A program made the position numbers and the translations under genes. A DNA stretch of 64,000 nucleotides, from positions 54,064,001 to 54,128,000 of the forward strand of contig OX597823.1 in the NCBI GenBank assembly GCA_951406725.2. Direction: 5' to 3'. This document shows positions 12,110 to 25,479 of this stretch, piece by piece; the first letter of the stretch is position 1, and each line of letters starts with the position of its first letter. Source of the stretch: Octopus vulgaris (lineage: Eukaryota). Under the pieces are notes generated by a model that was not told where the DNA came from, did no database searches, and was given only the letters and a program-made list of their open reading frames with translations.

Positions 12110-14300
12110 TTTTTACTTGTCTCAGTCATTTGACTGCGGCCATGCTGGTGCACCGCCTTTAGATGAACAACAAATCGACCCCAGGACTTATTCCGGATCT
12201 TTTCCTTTTGAAAGCCAGATTTTCCTAGTTAACTAAACAATTTGAAACTTCATATACTGGTAGAATGTGTCAATAGAAAACATAATTGTAAACCAAAATG
12301 AAAACGGAATTGTAATTTCTAAGTTTAACGTTGTTTAAAAATTCGAATTTTAACCAATGATATTCTTTCTTTCGGCCTCATATTATTTACTGCTTCTCAA
12401 AATATTGTTACTGTGACGTAAACAGCTATTTTGTGACGTAGTTAACATAGCTAAAATGTAAACATCACCGTCCCATATAACAAAGTCCTAAACAGACAGA
12501 ATAATAATAAAAATACGGCGGGCTTTCGAAATAGCTGTCGAGAATAAAATGAAATTTCGATGGTAAATTTTTGGAGGGGTTTCGGTAATTTTCGTCACTC
12601 TAAAATACATATAATTCGCATTAAATCTTATTTTTCTGAAAAATCCACGTTTTAAAACATTTTAACTGCCCACCACTTCATCGTGCCTTTGGAGTAGGTG
12701 TCACACTTGGGATGGTCAAACCTAGAATATCTTTCATCATAGGTAATTGCTTGGAGTTCACCTTGAGAGCTAAAACTATATATTTAGTTTCGATATAAAA
12801 AATAAAATTGCACAAAATTTTGGCACAAGACCAACAATTTGGAAGGAGGGGTTAATCGATTACATTGACTGGTACTTAACTGATCATGAAAGGTAAAGTC
12901 GACGACGACGGTAACGTGAGGAGTCGGAAGAAATGCCACAAGGTATTTTGTCCGACGCACGAACGATTCTGCCAGCTTGCCCACCCACTTCCTTAATAAT
13001 ATTTCTTTCTCCAGTAAGTACAAGGCCTGAAGCTGATGGGAAGAACTAGTCGATTGTATTCAACTGGTACTTATTCTATAAGCGCCGCCCGAGAGAAGGA
13101 AAGCTCAGCAATATTCGAACACGGAACGTAAAGATTCGTAAGAAATGACGCTAGGCATTTTATCCGATGCGCTACCGATTCTGCCAGCTTTACATTATAT
13201 TTTTCGTCGAAGTTTAACTATGTCACCTTGATGATATATTTTTACGCGTGGACAAATAATAGAGATAATGTGGATCAGATGATATTACATGCTGACAAGG
13301 GCTTGGTAAAGGACTGTTAGAATGTTTAGGGATACGGTCCTATACGTTCGGGTTTCAACCCTCACCGGAATTCAAAACAAGCCGTCTGTTCTTCCACGGT
13401 CGAGAAAATACATCGATCAAGTATTGGAGATCGATATAAATTATTATACCCTCCACTCACCCCAAAATATATGCTTTGTGTCTATAATCAATATTACAAA
13501 TATATTGTTAATGCTATTTAACTCAGGTCATCCTGATAAACCCGGTTGAGGATCAAAGGGTTCCAACTATGACCAACCCGTATTTTTGTCCCCCTCACTT
13601 TTTTTTTCAGATATAGCATCTATGGTTATATTAGCCAATGTACCCTTCCTTTAACCCAGTAGTATATGGTTTTAAGGGGATTTGGGTGTTATTCCTAGCA
13701 CATCGACGAGCGAAAACGCAGAGGGGCCCTGATTATGTGCGAGTATGTGAATGGATGGGTACGTTTGTGTATGTGGGTGCATACAAGCCAAATAACCGGT
13801 TCAAGGCGTGTGTCAAACTGAAGAATCAAAGCGTGTGCACAAGTTTATAGTAAATATATACATTGTATAGAGAAAACACCCGAAGCCTATACAAAAACAC
13901 TGAATATGTGTTTATTATTCATCCAAAGTAAACGTCACAAAACAGCTGTTTACGTCACAGTAACAATATGTTTAGACGGAGCAAATAATTTCAACTCAAT
14001 ACAGAGAATACGATTGGTTAAAATTCGCAGATTTAAACTACGTTTAAACTTATAAAATACATTTTTGTCAAAAAAACTAGTTGAAATTATTGTTTTCTTT
14101 TGACACATTCTACCAGTATACGAAGTTTCAAATTATTTAGTTAACTAGAAAAATCTGAAAAATCTGGCTTTCAAAAAGAAAAGATCCCTTATTCCTTGTA
14201 TGCCAAGTACTTATTCTATCGGTTTCTTTTTGCCGAACCTCTGAGTTACGGGGACGTAAACACACCAACATCGGTTGTCAAGCGATGGTGGAGAGAGAGA

Positions 14301-14333
<33 letters not shown>

Positions 14334-14495
14334 ACACACATATATATATACAACGGGTTTCTTTCAGTTTCCGTCTACCAAATCCACTCACAAGGCTTTG
14401 GTCGGCACGAGCCTATAGTAGAAGACACTTGCTCAAGGTGCTTTGCAGTGGGGACTGAACCTGGAACTATGTGGTTGGTAAGCGCAAGCTACTTA
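12110..14495 (-). mobile_element. OR-like SINE split by a DNA transposon (12110-12194 and 14188-14495)
   Basis: The two halves join seamlessly across the CTTATTCC TSD. Confidence 0.85.
12195..14187. mobile_element. non-autonomous DNA transposon with ~245-bp imperfect TIRs and 8-bp TSD (Merlin- or MULE-like)
   Basis: Ends GGATCTTTTCCTTTTGAAAGCCAGATTTT / AAAATCTGGCTTTCAAAAAGAAAAGATCC, with inverted similarity extending to GTTACTGTGACGTAAACAGCT. TSD CTTATTCC at 12187-12194 and 14188-14195. The interior holds SINE fragments and no transposase. Confidence 0.85.
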
Positions 14496-14553
14496 GCACA
14501 CAATATGTGTGTGTATGTGCGTGTGTGTGTATACGTATATATGCATACTATAC

Positions 14554-14592
<39 letters not shown>

Positions 14593-14634
14593 CATATATA
14601 TATATATGTAGGCGCATATATATATATATAGGCG

Positions 14635-15040
14635 GGCGCAGGAGTGGCTGTGTGGAAAGTAGCTTCCTTACCAACCACATGGTTCCGAGTTCAGTCCCAC
14701 TACGTGGCACCTTGGGCAAGTGTCTTTTACTATAGCCTCGGGCCGACCAATGCCTTGTGAGTGGATTTGGTAGACGGAAACTGAAAGAAGCCTGTCGTAT
14801 ATATGTATGTGTGTGTGTGTGTGTTTTTGTGTGTCTGTGTTTGCCTCCCTAGCATTGCTTGACAACCGATGCTGGTGTGTTTACGTCCCCGTCACTTAGC
14901 GGTTCGGCAAAAGAGATCGATAGAATAAGTACTGGGCTTACAAAGAATAAGTCCCGGGGTCGATTTGATCGACTAAAGGCGGTGCTCCAGCATGGCCGCA
15001 GTCAAATGACTGAAACAAGTAAAAAAGTAAAAGAGTAAAG
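14635..15040 (+). mobile_element. full-length tRNA-derived SINE (octopus OR-like)
   Basis: GGCGCAGGAGTGGCTGTGTGG head, B box GGTTCCGAGTTCAGTCCC, central (TG)n, and 3' end CAGCATGGCCGCAGTCAAATGACTGAAACAAGTAAAA with (AAAGAGT)n. Confidence 0.85.
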
Positions 15041-15067
15041 AGTATATATATATATATATATATATAT

Positions 15068-16260
15068 ACAAGGGTTGGACAAAATAATGGAAACACCTTA
15101 AAATTTCAAATAAATTTATTTTAATATGGGGTAGGACCACCTTTGGCAGTAATTACAGCTTGAATTCTACGAGGTAATGAACTCGTACAAAGTTTGAATT
15201 GTTTCCAAAGAAATTTTTGTCCATTCTTCAGCTAAAATAATCTCCAGTTCTTGTAGTAATGATGGTAGAGAACATCGTACTTGTTTTTCTAAAATGCACC
15301 ATAAATGTTCAATAATATTGAAATCTGGAGACTGTAGTGGCCAGATAAGATGTTCAACTTCACTAGAATGTTCCAGCTGCCATTCAACAACTTTAGCTGT
15401 GTGGATTGGTGCATTAACATCCTGAAGGATTGCGTTTCCCTCCGGATACAGTTCCGCAACCATAGGATGAATTCGATCGGATAAAATGCTTAAATATTCT
15501 TGACTATCAATTCTGCCATGAAGGGAAACCATTGGGCCGGTGGATTTCCAAGATATAACCCCTCCAGAATATCACAGATTCTCCTCCATGTTTAACAGTT
15601 GGAAGAATGCAGTCTGGGTCAGATGCTTCTTTTGGCTATCTCCACGCGTATACTCGGCCGGTAGTTAGAAATAAGGTAAAGGATGAATCATCCGAGAAAA
15701 GAACATTCTTCCACTGCTCTAGGGACCAATTCTGTGTTTTTTCTCCACTCTTAACGCTTTGCAACGTTTGTTTTCGAAAGTAGTAGTTTTTTTATTGCAG
15801 CCCTTCCGTGAATTCCGGCTTTGTGCAGCTCCCAGCGAACAGTTTTTGTGGAAACCGGGTTCTCGAGGTGGTCATTAAGCTCTGCAGTAATTTTGGGAAC
15901 TGTACTTTTGTGATCCTTTCTAACAATTTGCGTAAGAGTCCGATGCTCTCTATCTGAAAATGTTGGTTTTCTTCCGGAGTTTTTTTTTTTCGACGAGGAG
16001 ATTTTTCCCTTTTTCTCAAAGGCTGTCATTACTTTCGAGACAGTACTTCTTCATACACCAAACATTTCGGCTGATTTCGTTACGCTAGCGCCTGCCATAC
16101 GAGCACCAACAATTTGACCTCTTTGAAAGTCCGATAGATGTCATTTTAATGAATTTTAATTACCTTTTTCTGATGTTATCTGAAAAGAAACAGCAATTTT
16201 AATAAAACATATTAAGCAACACTAATAATAAATAAGACATAAAAATAAATAAGCTTTTGA
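15068..16260 (-). mobile_element. Tc1-like transposon, degenerate transposase
   Basis: MTxLSDFQRGQIVGARMAGASVT.., NSGRKP, VSTKTVRWELHKAG, VLFSDDSSF, LQDVNAPIH and WPLQSPDFNIIEHLW. One TIR (CAAGGGTTGGACAAAATAATGGAAACACC) follows (TA)n. Confidence 0.9.
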
Positions 16261-16269
16261 CTGTTTCAT

Positions 16270-16391
16270 AAGGCTTTGGTCGGCCCGAGGTTCTAATAGA
16301 AGACACTTGCCCAAGGTGCAACGCAGTGGGACTGAACCCGGAACCGTGTGGTTGGTCAGCAAGCTACTTACCACACAGCCACTCCTGCGCC
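16270..16391 (-). mobile_element. OR-like SINE 5' portion
   Basis: Reverse complement of GGCGCAGGAGTGGCTGTGTGG..GGTTCAGTCCCACTGC. Confidence 0.75.
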
Positions 16392-16530
16392 TATGTATGT
16401 ATGTATGTATGTATGTATGTATGTATGTATGTATGTATGTATGTATGCATGTATGTATGTATGTATGTATGTATGTATGTATGTATGTATGTATGTATGT
16501 ATGTATGTATGTATGTATGTATGTATGTAT
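16392..16530. repeat. (TATG)n microsatellite
   Basis: Direct reading of the sequence. Confidence 0.95.
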
Positions 16531-17050
16531 GCATGCGCAACTGGAGCACGATGCGGTCCTTAGGCCCATCGGATCCTGTCCAACTGTACAACTCATGCCA
16601 GCATGGAACACGGTTATTAAACAACAATGATGATGTGTGTAGGGGCGTGAGTTTTTGTGCTTGAATATGTGTGTCCCACACCGCTGGACAATCTCTGTTC
16701 TTTTTTTTTTTCTGTTTGTTTTTGCTTGCGTCTCCGTAACTTAGCAAAAGAGGCCGTTAAAATAAGTACTGGATGTGAAAAAGCACGAGTATTGGAGTCG
16801 ATTTGTTTCACTAAACTCTTTAAGGCGATGTCTCAGCGAGGCAGCCGAAACAAGTAAAAAATTGAAAAAGATTAACATATTTTCCACCTGACTTGTTGAT
16901 CTTTGTGACGTTTCTTTCTTTCGTTTTTTCTTTCATCGGGAATAACATTTTCAAGGTGTGTTTCATTCATTTATTCCTCCCCACCTTTCATATATGTATG
17001 TAGGTAACAGGTAAATCTAGAAGAGACCACAGTACAAATGACAAAGGAAG

Positions 17051-17111
<61 letters not shown>

Positions 17112-17208
17112 TAATAATAATAATAATAAAAACAACAACAAAAACAACAAAAACAACAACAACAACAACAACAATAATAATAATGATAATAATAATAATA
17201 ATGATAAA

Positions 17209-17252
<44 letters not shown>

Positions 17253-17345
17253 TAAAATAATAATAATAATGATAATAATATTGATAAAAATAATAATAAT
17301 AATAATAATGATAAAATAATAATAATAATGATGATGATGATGATG

Positions 17346-17412
<67 letters not shown>
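17051..17412. repeat. compound (AAT)n/(AAC)n/(GAT)n microsatellite
   Basis: Direct reading. It immediately precedes an R4/Dong fragment. Confidence 0.95.
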
Positions 17413-17413
<1 letters not shown>

Positions 17414-18510
17414 CCAGGCGCAACATGTCGTGTATGTAAACAACAAAATGAAACCATTGCTCATGTTGTTTGCATGTGCAGTCTTCTTGCACCCACAAAG
17501 TATCTCAACAGGCATGATAGAGCAGCACAAGATATTCACTGGCGGCGAGCTGGCAGAAACGTTAGCACACCGGGCGAAATGCTTAGCGGTATTGCGTCTG
17601 TCGTTGCGTTCTGAGTTCAAATTCCGCCGAGGTCGACTTTGCCTTTCATCCTTTCGGGGTCGATAAATTAAGTACCAGTTACGCACTGGGGTCGATGTAA
17701 TCGACTTAATCCATTTGTCTGTCCTTGTTTGTCCCCTCTATGTTTAGCCCCTTGTGGGCAATAAAGAAAAAGATATTCACTGGGTAATTTGCAAAAGCCT
17801 GGACTTGCCCCATGATAAAAAACTGGGAGGAACACAAACCATCTCCAGTGCTTGAAAATAACCACATCGCACTCCTCTGGAACTTCACCATTCAAACTGA
17901 CAGAAAGATAGATGCGATTAGGCCAGACACCATATTGACAGACTTCAGACAAAAATCATGCCTCCTCATTGATATGACTGTTCCAATCGACATAAATGTA
18001 TCTGTCAAGACCTATCAAAAACTGATCAAGTATAAAGACCTTGAAATAGAAATTGGTAAAATGTGGAACCTCAAGATTAAACAATATATGTTGTCATAGG
18101 TGCCCTAGGAATGATAGCAAAAGGGGCTGATTCCTACCTAGCTCGGATACCAGGAAATCCCTAAATGGAAGAAATTTTAAAAAATAGTACTCATGGGTAC
18201 TAATATCCTACGTAAAATATTGTCTATGTAATCCCCCAAATATTTTAATCTGTAAACAGTGCCAAAATACTTTTAAATGTACATAACAGCAAACAGCTTT
18301 TACTGTCATCTCAACATCTTATACTCAAATAACTTTTAAAACAAACTTCTAATTTACTTATGTTTTGACAGACACTCTATAGAACAATACTCTGTGCAAA
18401 ACCAAATATATGGCACCTTAGTCATAACACCGACGCCAACGTCTAACTTGTCTCTGGAGGTCTCTGGGTGAAACTTGGACTCAACTTGTACAAATACAAA
18501 GCAAACATTG
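17413..18510 (+). mobile_element. R4/Dong-clade RLE non-LTR retrotransposon, 3' fragment (interrupted by a SINE)
   Basis: CRVCKQQNETIAHVVCMC..YLNRHDRAAQDIHWVIC, LLWNFTIQTDRKIDAIRPD, LLIDMTVP and KLIKYKDL give a CCHC knuckle plus PD-(D/E)xK endonuclease. Starts right after (TAA)n. Confidence 0.85.
17541..17769 (+). mobile_element. Nin/Deu-domain tRNA SINE with Tx1-like 3' tail
   Basis: GGCGGCGAGCTGGCAGAA head, GAGTTCAAATTCC B box, and GCCTTTCATCCTTTCGGGGTCGATAAATTAAGTACCAG core. TSD AAGATATTCACT at 17529-17540 and 17770-17781. Confidence 0.9.
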
Positions 18511-18599
18511 ATAATGATGATGATGATGACGACAGGGAGGAAGAGGAGAAGGAGGAGGAGTGACCTGAAGATAGAGACATAAGCATTCATATGTACAGC

Positions 18600-18985
18600 T
18601 CAGGAACAAGGGTTAAGGAGACTACCGATAGCGACAAATGCAAAATGTATGATGAGAAGGGTGAAACGGTATGGTACATCATTAGCGAGTGCTCGAAATT
18701 GACACAACGAGAATACAAACGGCGCTATGACAATCTGGCAAGAATGATCCATTGGGAGCTCTGTGGAAATCACGGCCTACAAAGAGCGAAGCCGTGATAT
18801 GAGTAAATTCTAGAAGGAATTACCGAAAATGGGAACTGCAAAATCCTGTGGGATGTAATGATCCAGTGCGATCACCCAAACAGGACAGTGATGTGATGAA
18901 TAAAAAAGAAAGAACATGAATGATAATTGACATAGCATGCTCCATGACAACAGGATCAATGTGAAAGAAGAAAAAATAAATAGCT
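18600..18985 (+). mobile_element. older R4/Dong-like RLE fragment
   Basis: DKCKMYDEKGETVWYIISECSKLTQREYKRRYDNLARMIHWELC followed by a KILWD motif. Confidence 0.7.
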
Positions 18986-21299
18986 ATGACGATGCAAAAT
19001 GCCATAGCACAGCTGTGCTATGATGTGACAACTGAAATAGTTTTCCTGTCATGCTACACTCCCAAACATTCCAGCTGATACCTGCGCATACCAGCAGGCA
19101 GTAAAGACAGACTGTTAGGGGACGTCGAAGTCTGGGGCAGTAAATGAAGAGCGACACGCACACACACACAGTTATAATTATCTGGTGCGATTTAAAGTTT
19201 AAATTGTAGAACAAATAAATAGAATTCATGAAGTGTTTTCCCGTTCGTGTTATTGTCCTTGTATCATTTAGTATGAACGCAGAGTTTTAGTATAGCACAG
19301 TATACGTAGAAAATAAAGCAATAAACAATATCTCATCTTTTGAACACACATACACATGAAAGCATTACCGAAAATAATTTTTTAAATGGGTAGGGGCGTG
19401 CGTAACTTCTTTATTAATTGATATTGGTCGTTCACTTTGTACATCTTGATATAGTAGCTCTTTAACTCAACTCCTATACAAAGGTGTTAAACATAATCTT
19501 CATCACAAGCGATGCATTCACTGTCATTAAACCTAACTCGCGAACCTTGTTTGAGAAAATCCAAGTGTGGCTCTGCTGTATACACATTTTTTACAATTAC
19601 TTTCATCTCGTCCGTGCCATCAAATCGTTTATCTCTGATTTCTGTTTTTCATTCCGTGGAACTTGTGAAAGTCAAAGAGCGTCAGATTTGGATGGGGGAC
19701 CACCGACCAACCAAATTTGCCAATTGTCTGATGGTCGTCACGCATTATCATGGTGAATGTGAGTCGTATCTTTGTTTGTTTGTCTGTTTGTTTAGACATA
19801 TGTATGCTTTCTCTGTTTCTCTATATTACGGAGGTATATCCTTAATGTAGACCAAGATAGACTATACTGCTCGTTGATATCAGTTTTCCAGAGGAATGAT
19901 GTAGACAAATCTTACAAAACCTCTAGTTGGTATGCAGAGTATTTCCTTTCAAGATTTTTCATTAATGTGGTCATTTCTGGGATCGTCTGGAATACCACGC
20001 TCTGATTGTTTCTCTGTATGCTCGTAACTCCTTGCATATAAACCAACCTTTGTATTTTTAAACATTTGTAAGATGTGTTGATTTTTTGTTCTTTTGACGC
20101 TGTATGATAGAGTCAACTAATAAAAAAAAATTCAAGTAATTTTTTGCTAGGCGTGTCATTTATAAAGCCTCGCAGGCCGCAGGTTGCTCACCACTATTAT
20201 GAACTATATGATCAAGTGTTCTTATTAGTTCCGGTTATACACATTTCAGCGAAATTCCGAAATTTCGAATATCAAAGTAGATATACATTCACATCAATGT
20301 ACTCTTGGTAACAAGATAAAAATTACTATAAAAAAATTCTGTGGAAATTAAACCAAACTAGAAAAGCACCCGGAGAACGCCGACCTCCACCAAAGCAGTT
20401 CATTTTCATCCACATACACGCATGCTGAAAATCGCCCAATTTCCCAAACCATCGCCGGTAAAAACATAAAGTCCTTGGTGGGGGTACAAAAAAAAAATAA
20501 CACAGTCACTTTCATTACCACAACCAGTATAACCACTACATTACCACCATCACACAACTAACACTATCATCAACACCACTATTACCACCATCACCTCAGC
20601 ATCACACATCATACCGCTCAGTCCGCCATTATAACCACCGATACTATTTTATTCTCCCCACATACTTATCTCGACCATCGTCATCATCAACACTGTATCT
20701 GTTTCCACCACAATCACCGTCAAAACTACAATCACTACAATCAGTTTCTTTACACAGTTGAAAATCCATTATCCGATACTCATGGTACCGAGATTGTTGC
20801 AGACTTTTGACTTTTCTAATTTCGGAGTTCTTTATAAAAAAAATTGCATCTACAAAATGGAACAGTTTGAGGATAGAAACCAGGTCTAAACACAATAACT
20901 TATAGACATACTCTGAATGTAGTTCTATATAAATCTTTAATAATTTTTTTTATACTTAAGACCATCACAAATGTTAAGATATCAGCCTCTACCCACGTTG
21001 TCATGCAAGGTAATACACTGGCAGTTTCAGACGGTGGCTGAAGCCATGTCACTTATCAGGGGAGTGAATCAGTGTGGGCATCCGGTAATTGGTGGTTTCC
21101 ATCATGGATAAGCTAACACGCATGGTTATGCGGTGGCTAGCTTGAAATGGCCGGGATTTAATGAAAGAGAAAGAAGGAAGAGGAAAGACAGAAGAAAAAT
21201 ACAAATTCATTTGCAACATAAAGTTCAAATATTTACGTTAGTAAAATATCAGAAACAGAAAAGGTTGGTTGATATTGCGATTTAAGGGATTTATCTATT

Positions 21300-22590
21300 G
21301 GTCACGACACCTCATGGCGGTGGAAACGTTTCACCATTCGAAGCTGGATGGTAACTAGTAGTCCGAATGCGCCGCGCACCTAGAATTTTCGAAAGCTCAT
21401 GGAAGAGCTGGAATTCGAACTGTCTCCCACGGTCAGTGGTAATCATGGTAGGAACGCCGTAGCGCGATATCTAACTCGATACCAGGACTCGCGCTACCGA
21501 TTCTACTGTAATATTGCATAAAGGGACGGCTTCAGGCCAATGTATAAAGCAGTCGATGCACGTGAAGAGATACGTAAAGCCTTGAGTGACAGGCCACGGT
21601 CCAACTAGGTCGATATGGATATGGCTCAAACGAGCATCCGGAGTGCACCTTAGATTTCTGGCAGAAAAGGCAAGAACGTGACCAAACAGTCTCATATTCG
21701 GTCAGAAGAATCTAACCGAAATGAGTTTCACTGTGGCTGAAGCTCCGGGATGCGAGAGACTATACAGAGTGTGGAAAACAGTTCAACACTGAATCTCTGG
21801 AACAAAAGGAAGAGGTGTATCCGTCGAGATGTCACATAATATTTGTGCGCCAGACGTAGGCACAGGTAAGTACTTAAATTTACATGTCGCAAATTCAGGT
21901 GAAGCAGATCGATCGACTATAGGGGAGGCTGGTCTGCAGAAAGAAGATGGAAGCCGATATCTGAAGGTGATGATAAAGAATTAACATGAAGGCGAGAGAG
22001 AGAGCATCTGCCGTTGCATTCTGTGCAACAGAGATATGACAAATATTGGTAAACTGCGAAACAAAATCTAGGTGGCGAGCTTCCCGAGGTGAGTATTTCT
22101 CGGGCTCAGAACGAAGTGCGAAAGTAAGCGGACGGTGATCGGTATAGATCGTAAATTGGCAACTTTCAAGTGAGTGTCGAGAGTGTCTAACTACCAGGTA
22201 CATAGCCAAAAGTTCACGACCGAACGTGCTATAGCGGATTTCAGCAAGCTTAAGCTGCCCCGAGAAGAAACCAAGAGGTTGTACTTGCTGTTGATGTTGC
22301 TGCAAAACTGCACCAACAGCTGTGTTTGATGCATCAGCGACCAGCGAAAGCTGGGCATCAGACACAGGACATGTAGCAAGAGAAGCGCTCGCCAGCTCCT
22401 GTTTAACTTTGGTGAATTCCTCAAGATGAACCGGGTCAAGAGAAATAGGCTCGTCCTTCTTTTTTTTTCTATTCCATAAGAGATCGGACAGAGGAAACAG
22501 GAGGTCCGCACAATGTGGAATAAACCGACGTTAATGAAAACACCAAGGAACTGTCGAAGCTGTCGCAAAGAAGTAAGTGGAGGACCCCGC
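21300..22590 (-). mobile_element. second Ty3/Gypsy pol remnant (RT end, RNase H, integrase)
   Basis: RQLRQFLG, LVADASNTAVGAVLQQ, RYSTFGRELLAMY, FTIYTDHRPL and HIHIDLVGPWP..YLFTCIDCFIHWPEAVPL. Confidence 0.85.
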
Positions 22591-23259
22591 CCCCTAAATC
22601 ACAAAATAAGGGGGGGGGAATCTGCCTTATTTTTCCAATCCTGGCAGCAACACTGTAGCTGCAAGTAGGATAATAATCTAATTCTACACTTTATCACATT
22701 CAAGTATATAAACACGTTTTTAAAAGCACAACAGATGCGGAGTCAAAAAGAAACACTACATTCCACCAGCGCGTCAGGGTCGGCACTGCGTGAGTCACAG
22801 TGCCTTCTTTTCCTAGCGTAGAGCTTCCTATCTCTGACATGTGAGCATGCGCACAACAGCCAAACATTGCGTTGCTGGAACTGTGAAGCGCACAGTTTTA
22901 TACATGGATTTTTATATTTTTTCATAAAAACTACTGACATGAAGCTTAAGGATTATATAATGTACAAGTATAAAGAAAGAATTAAAGAAAAAAAAAAAGG
23001 ACTCATTATATTGAATGTCATCGATAATATCGAGTAGAAATAGAGAGTGCTGCAGTTCCGCGGTGCCTATACACGAGCCGCCACTATCTCCATGTCCTTA
23101 GTATCACCATTCACTACGCTATTGTGTGGTGGAAAATGATATTTGAAACGAAAGTTCTGGAGAAAACGTTCGAACATTGTGATGTCATAATGAAAGCAAT
23201 AGAGAAATTAAAAATCTTTTGGATGAGATGAATGATTCGTAATTTCATATACAGACACT

Positions 23260-23316
<57 letters not shown>

Positions 23317-24444
23317 GTGTGTGCGGGCGCGCGTTTGCTCGCACGTATGCGTGCACGTGTTACAATTCTGACTCAAGAGTCATAAAATCTACCCTTTACT
23401 CTGCGAGAAAAGACCTTTGTTTTCAGCAGCTTAACTCCCATTGTGTGTCCACTTTGCCAAAGGCTTTCTCCACTTTTAGAAGACCAAATATAGTATTTTA
23501 CTTTTGGTTAAGTATTTCTCCTATAGTTATTTTCCCAGGAAGTCATCGTGGGATTCACCGAAATATTCATTAAAGTTGCCAGCCACGACAATAAATTCTT
23601 GTTAATCGTTGATGAGGTGTTCTACAGAAGGCTCTCAGAAACGGTCCTTTTGATCGTCTTACAATTACGACTGTAGAGCGTATGTAGACTTTCGGATTAC
23701 ATCCTTTTCTCAACCCACTCAGCACCAATTTTGGCCAATGTTATTTTTACACAACGCACTTAAAAACGATGGGAAAAACCTTGAAATATTTAGCCAAAAG
23801 AAAAGTTTTGGAAATTGGCAATCACCATTATAATCCTTACTTTCTTTATTTTCAAACAGAATAGGAAACAATTTAAAAACATAGTGAAATTGTTTCATTA
23901 ACCCCGCCATAAATACTAAAATTTCGTTATTTTTTCGAAATTCTTTTTTTTTACTCATAGATTTAAAATACGGATAATCCGAATCTGCAATTTGTTTCTG
24001 TTTATAATTTCAAAATAATTTTCAAACGAAAATGTGATTTAAGGGAGATTTAGCTAGTGTTTCTAGCACATCTCACGATCACCTGGTATCTTCCTCGTTT
24101 CTTTGTCACACTGACAGGTATTGATGTTTCATAATATTTTTATTTTCATAAACACATTTTATGAAATGATCATACTGTGGTCTATTGCCGGAATTTAAGC
24201 AACAACAATTAAAAAAAAAATTGTATTTTAAATCTCGACCCGCCCACGTTGCGCATCCGATTGAGCCAGAACACTCACCCATAAATTTCAGTCACATTTA
24301 TGTATAGATACTGCACAGTCGCTTTAATCGGAGTATATATATTATTATTATTATGTATTATTAAATAGTTATAATTGTATAAAAAATACTTTCGTAGTCG
24401 CTTTTCGCCCGAAACATATCAAGCCTACGGGTTTGTTTACAAAT

Positions 24445-24531
<87 letters not shown>

Positions 24532-24546
24532 GTATATATAAGGAGG

Positions 24547-24581
24547 ATTTAACGTTTCGAGCGGACCTCTTCGTCAGAAAC
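24547..24581 (-). ncRNA. minimal type-I hammerhead ribozyme motif (Penelope pLTR type)
   Basis: Minus strand reads GTTT-CTGACGA-A-GAG(GTCCG)CTC-GAAA-CGTT-AAA: conserved core, short stem II and palindromic stem III (ACGT). Confidence 0.65.
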
Positions 24582-24837
24582 ATAGGAAAAAGAAAGATCC
24601 AAGGAAAGGAAGGCGGAGGAAAAAAATCGCCAACGATACACACGCGACATAAAAAAAAATCAATACAGAAAGAATAGTTATGACATGCAAAGACAAATAG
24701 GTATAGAGCTAAAAGAAATAAATTCAGAGGAGCCAACAGCTTGAACATGGAGAACAAACACAAAGGTATATTAAATACCATAAACTCAAAATTTATTAAA
24801 ATGATCTTCCCCTTGATAGAAGCAAGCTAAATAAATA

Positions 24838-24990
24838 CGGGCAGGCGTGGCTGTTTTCCTACCACATGGTTCCGCGTTTAGTCCCACTGCGTGGCACATT
24901 GGGTAAGTCTCTCCTACTATATCCTCGGGCCGACCAAAGCACTGTGATTGGATTTGGCAGACGGAAACTGGAAAGAAGCCTCTCGTGTAT
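24838..24990 (+). mobile_element. OR-like SINE 5' half
   Basis: GGCAGGCGTGGCTG..CATGGTTCCGCGTTTAGTCCCACTGCGTGGCAC..GACGGAAACTG. Confidence 0.75.
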
Positions 24991-24995
24991 GTATG

Positions 24996-25093
<98 letters not shown>

Positions 25094-25276
25094 TGTGTGT
25101 TGAGGAAAAGAAGGCAGTCAGAATATTAGCGCTTTCGTTCATTTATCGAAACTCGCCAGGACAAAATGAAAATGGTCATAACGAGTTCGATATACGAGCG
25201 AAAACGCTAATAAAGAATTATCCAAAATTCTGACTGTCTCCCTTTTCTCAATATACAATATCTGTACACCACTTCA

Positions 25277-25378
<102 letters not shown>

Positions 25379-25479
25379 ATATATATATATATATACACAT
25401 ACATGGTACGATGGGTAAATTGTCGCCATTTTATATTTTTTATTTCGCGCAACCACATTGTTTCTTTTTGAATTTGACT

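Noticed and set aside
14635-14710. tRNA-like A/B-box sequences (also at 17541, 35640-35705 and 61214)
   Set aside because: These are SINE heads that run into SINE bodies. I could not fold a complete cloverleaf.
16222-17498. Long ORFs such as MYVCMYVC.., HTYIHTYI.., poly-I/N/Y/L (also at 24-25, 33.8-35.5, 55.6 and 57-59 kb)
   Set aside because: They are translations of (TATG)n, (AAT)n, (TA)n, (CA)n and (TATC)n microsatellites, not genes.
19640-19765. Possible host exon ending at GAAT|GTGAGT
   Set aside because: It has a good donor-like site but no clear acceptor and no recognisable protein similarity. Cannot be supported without RNA-seq.
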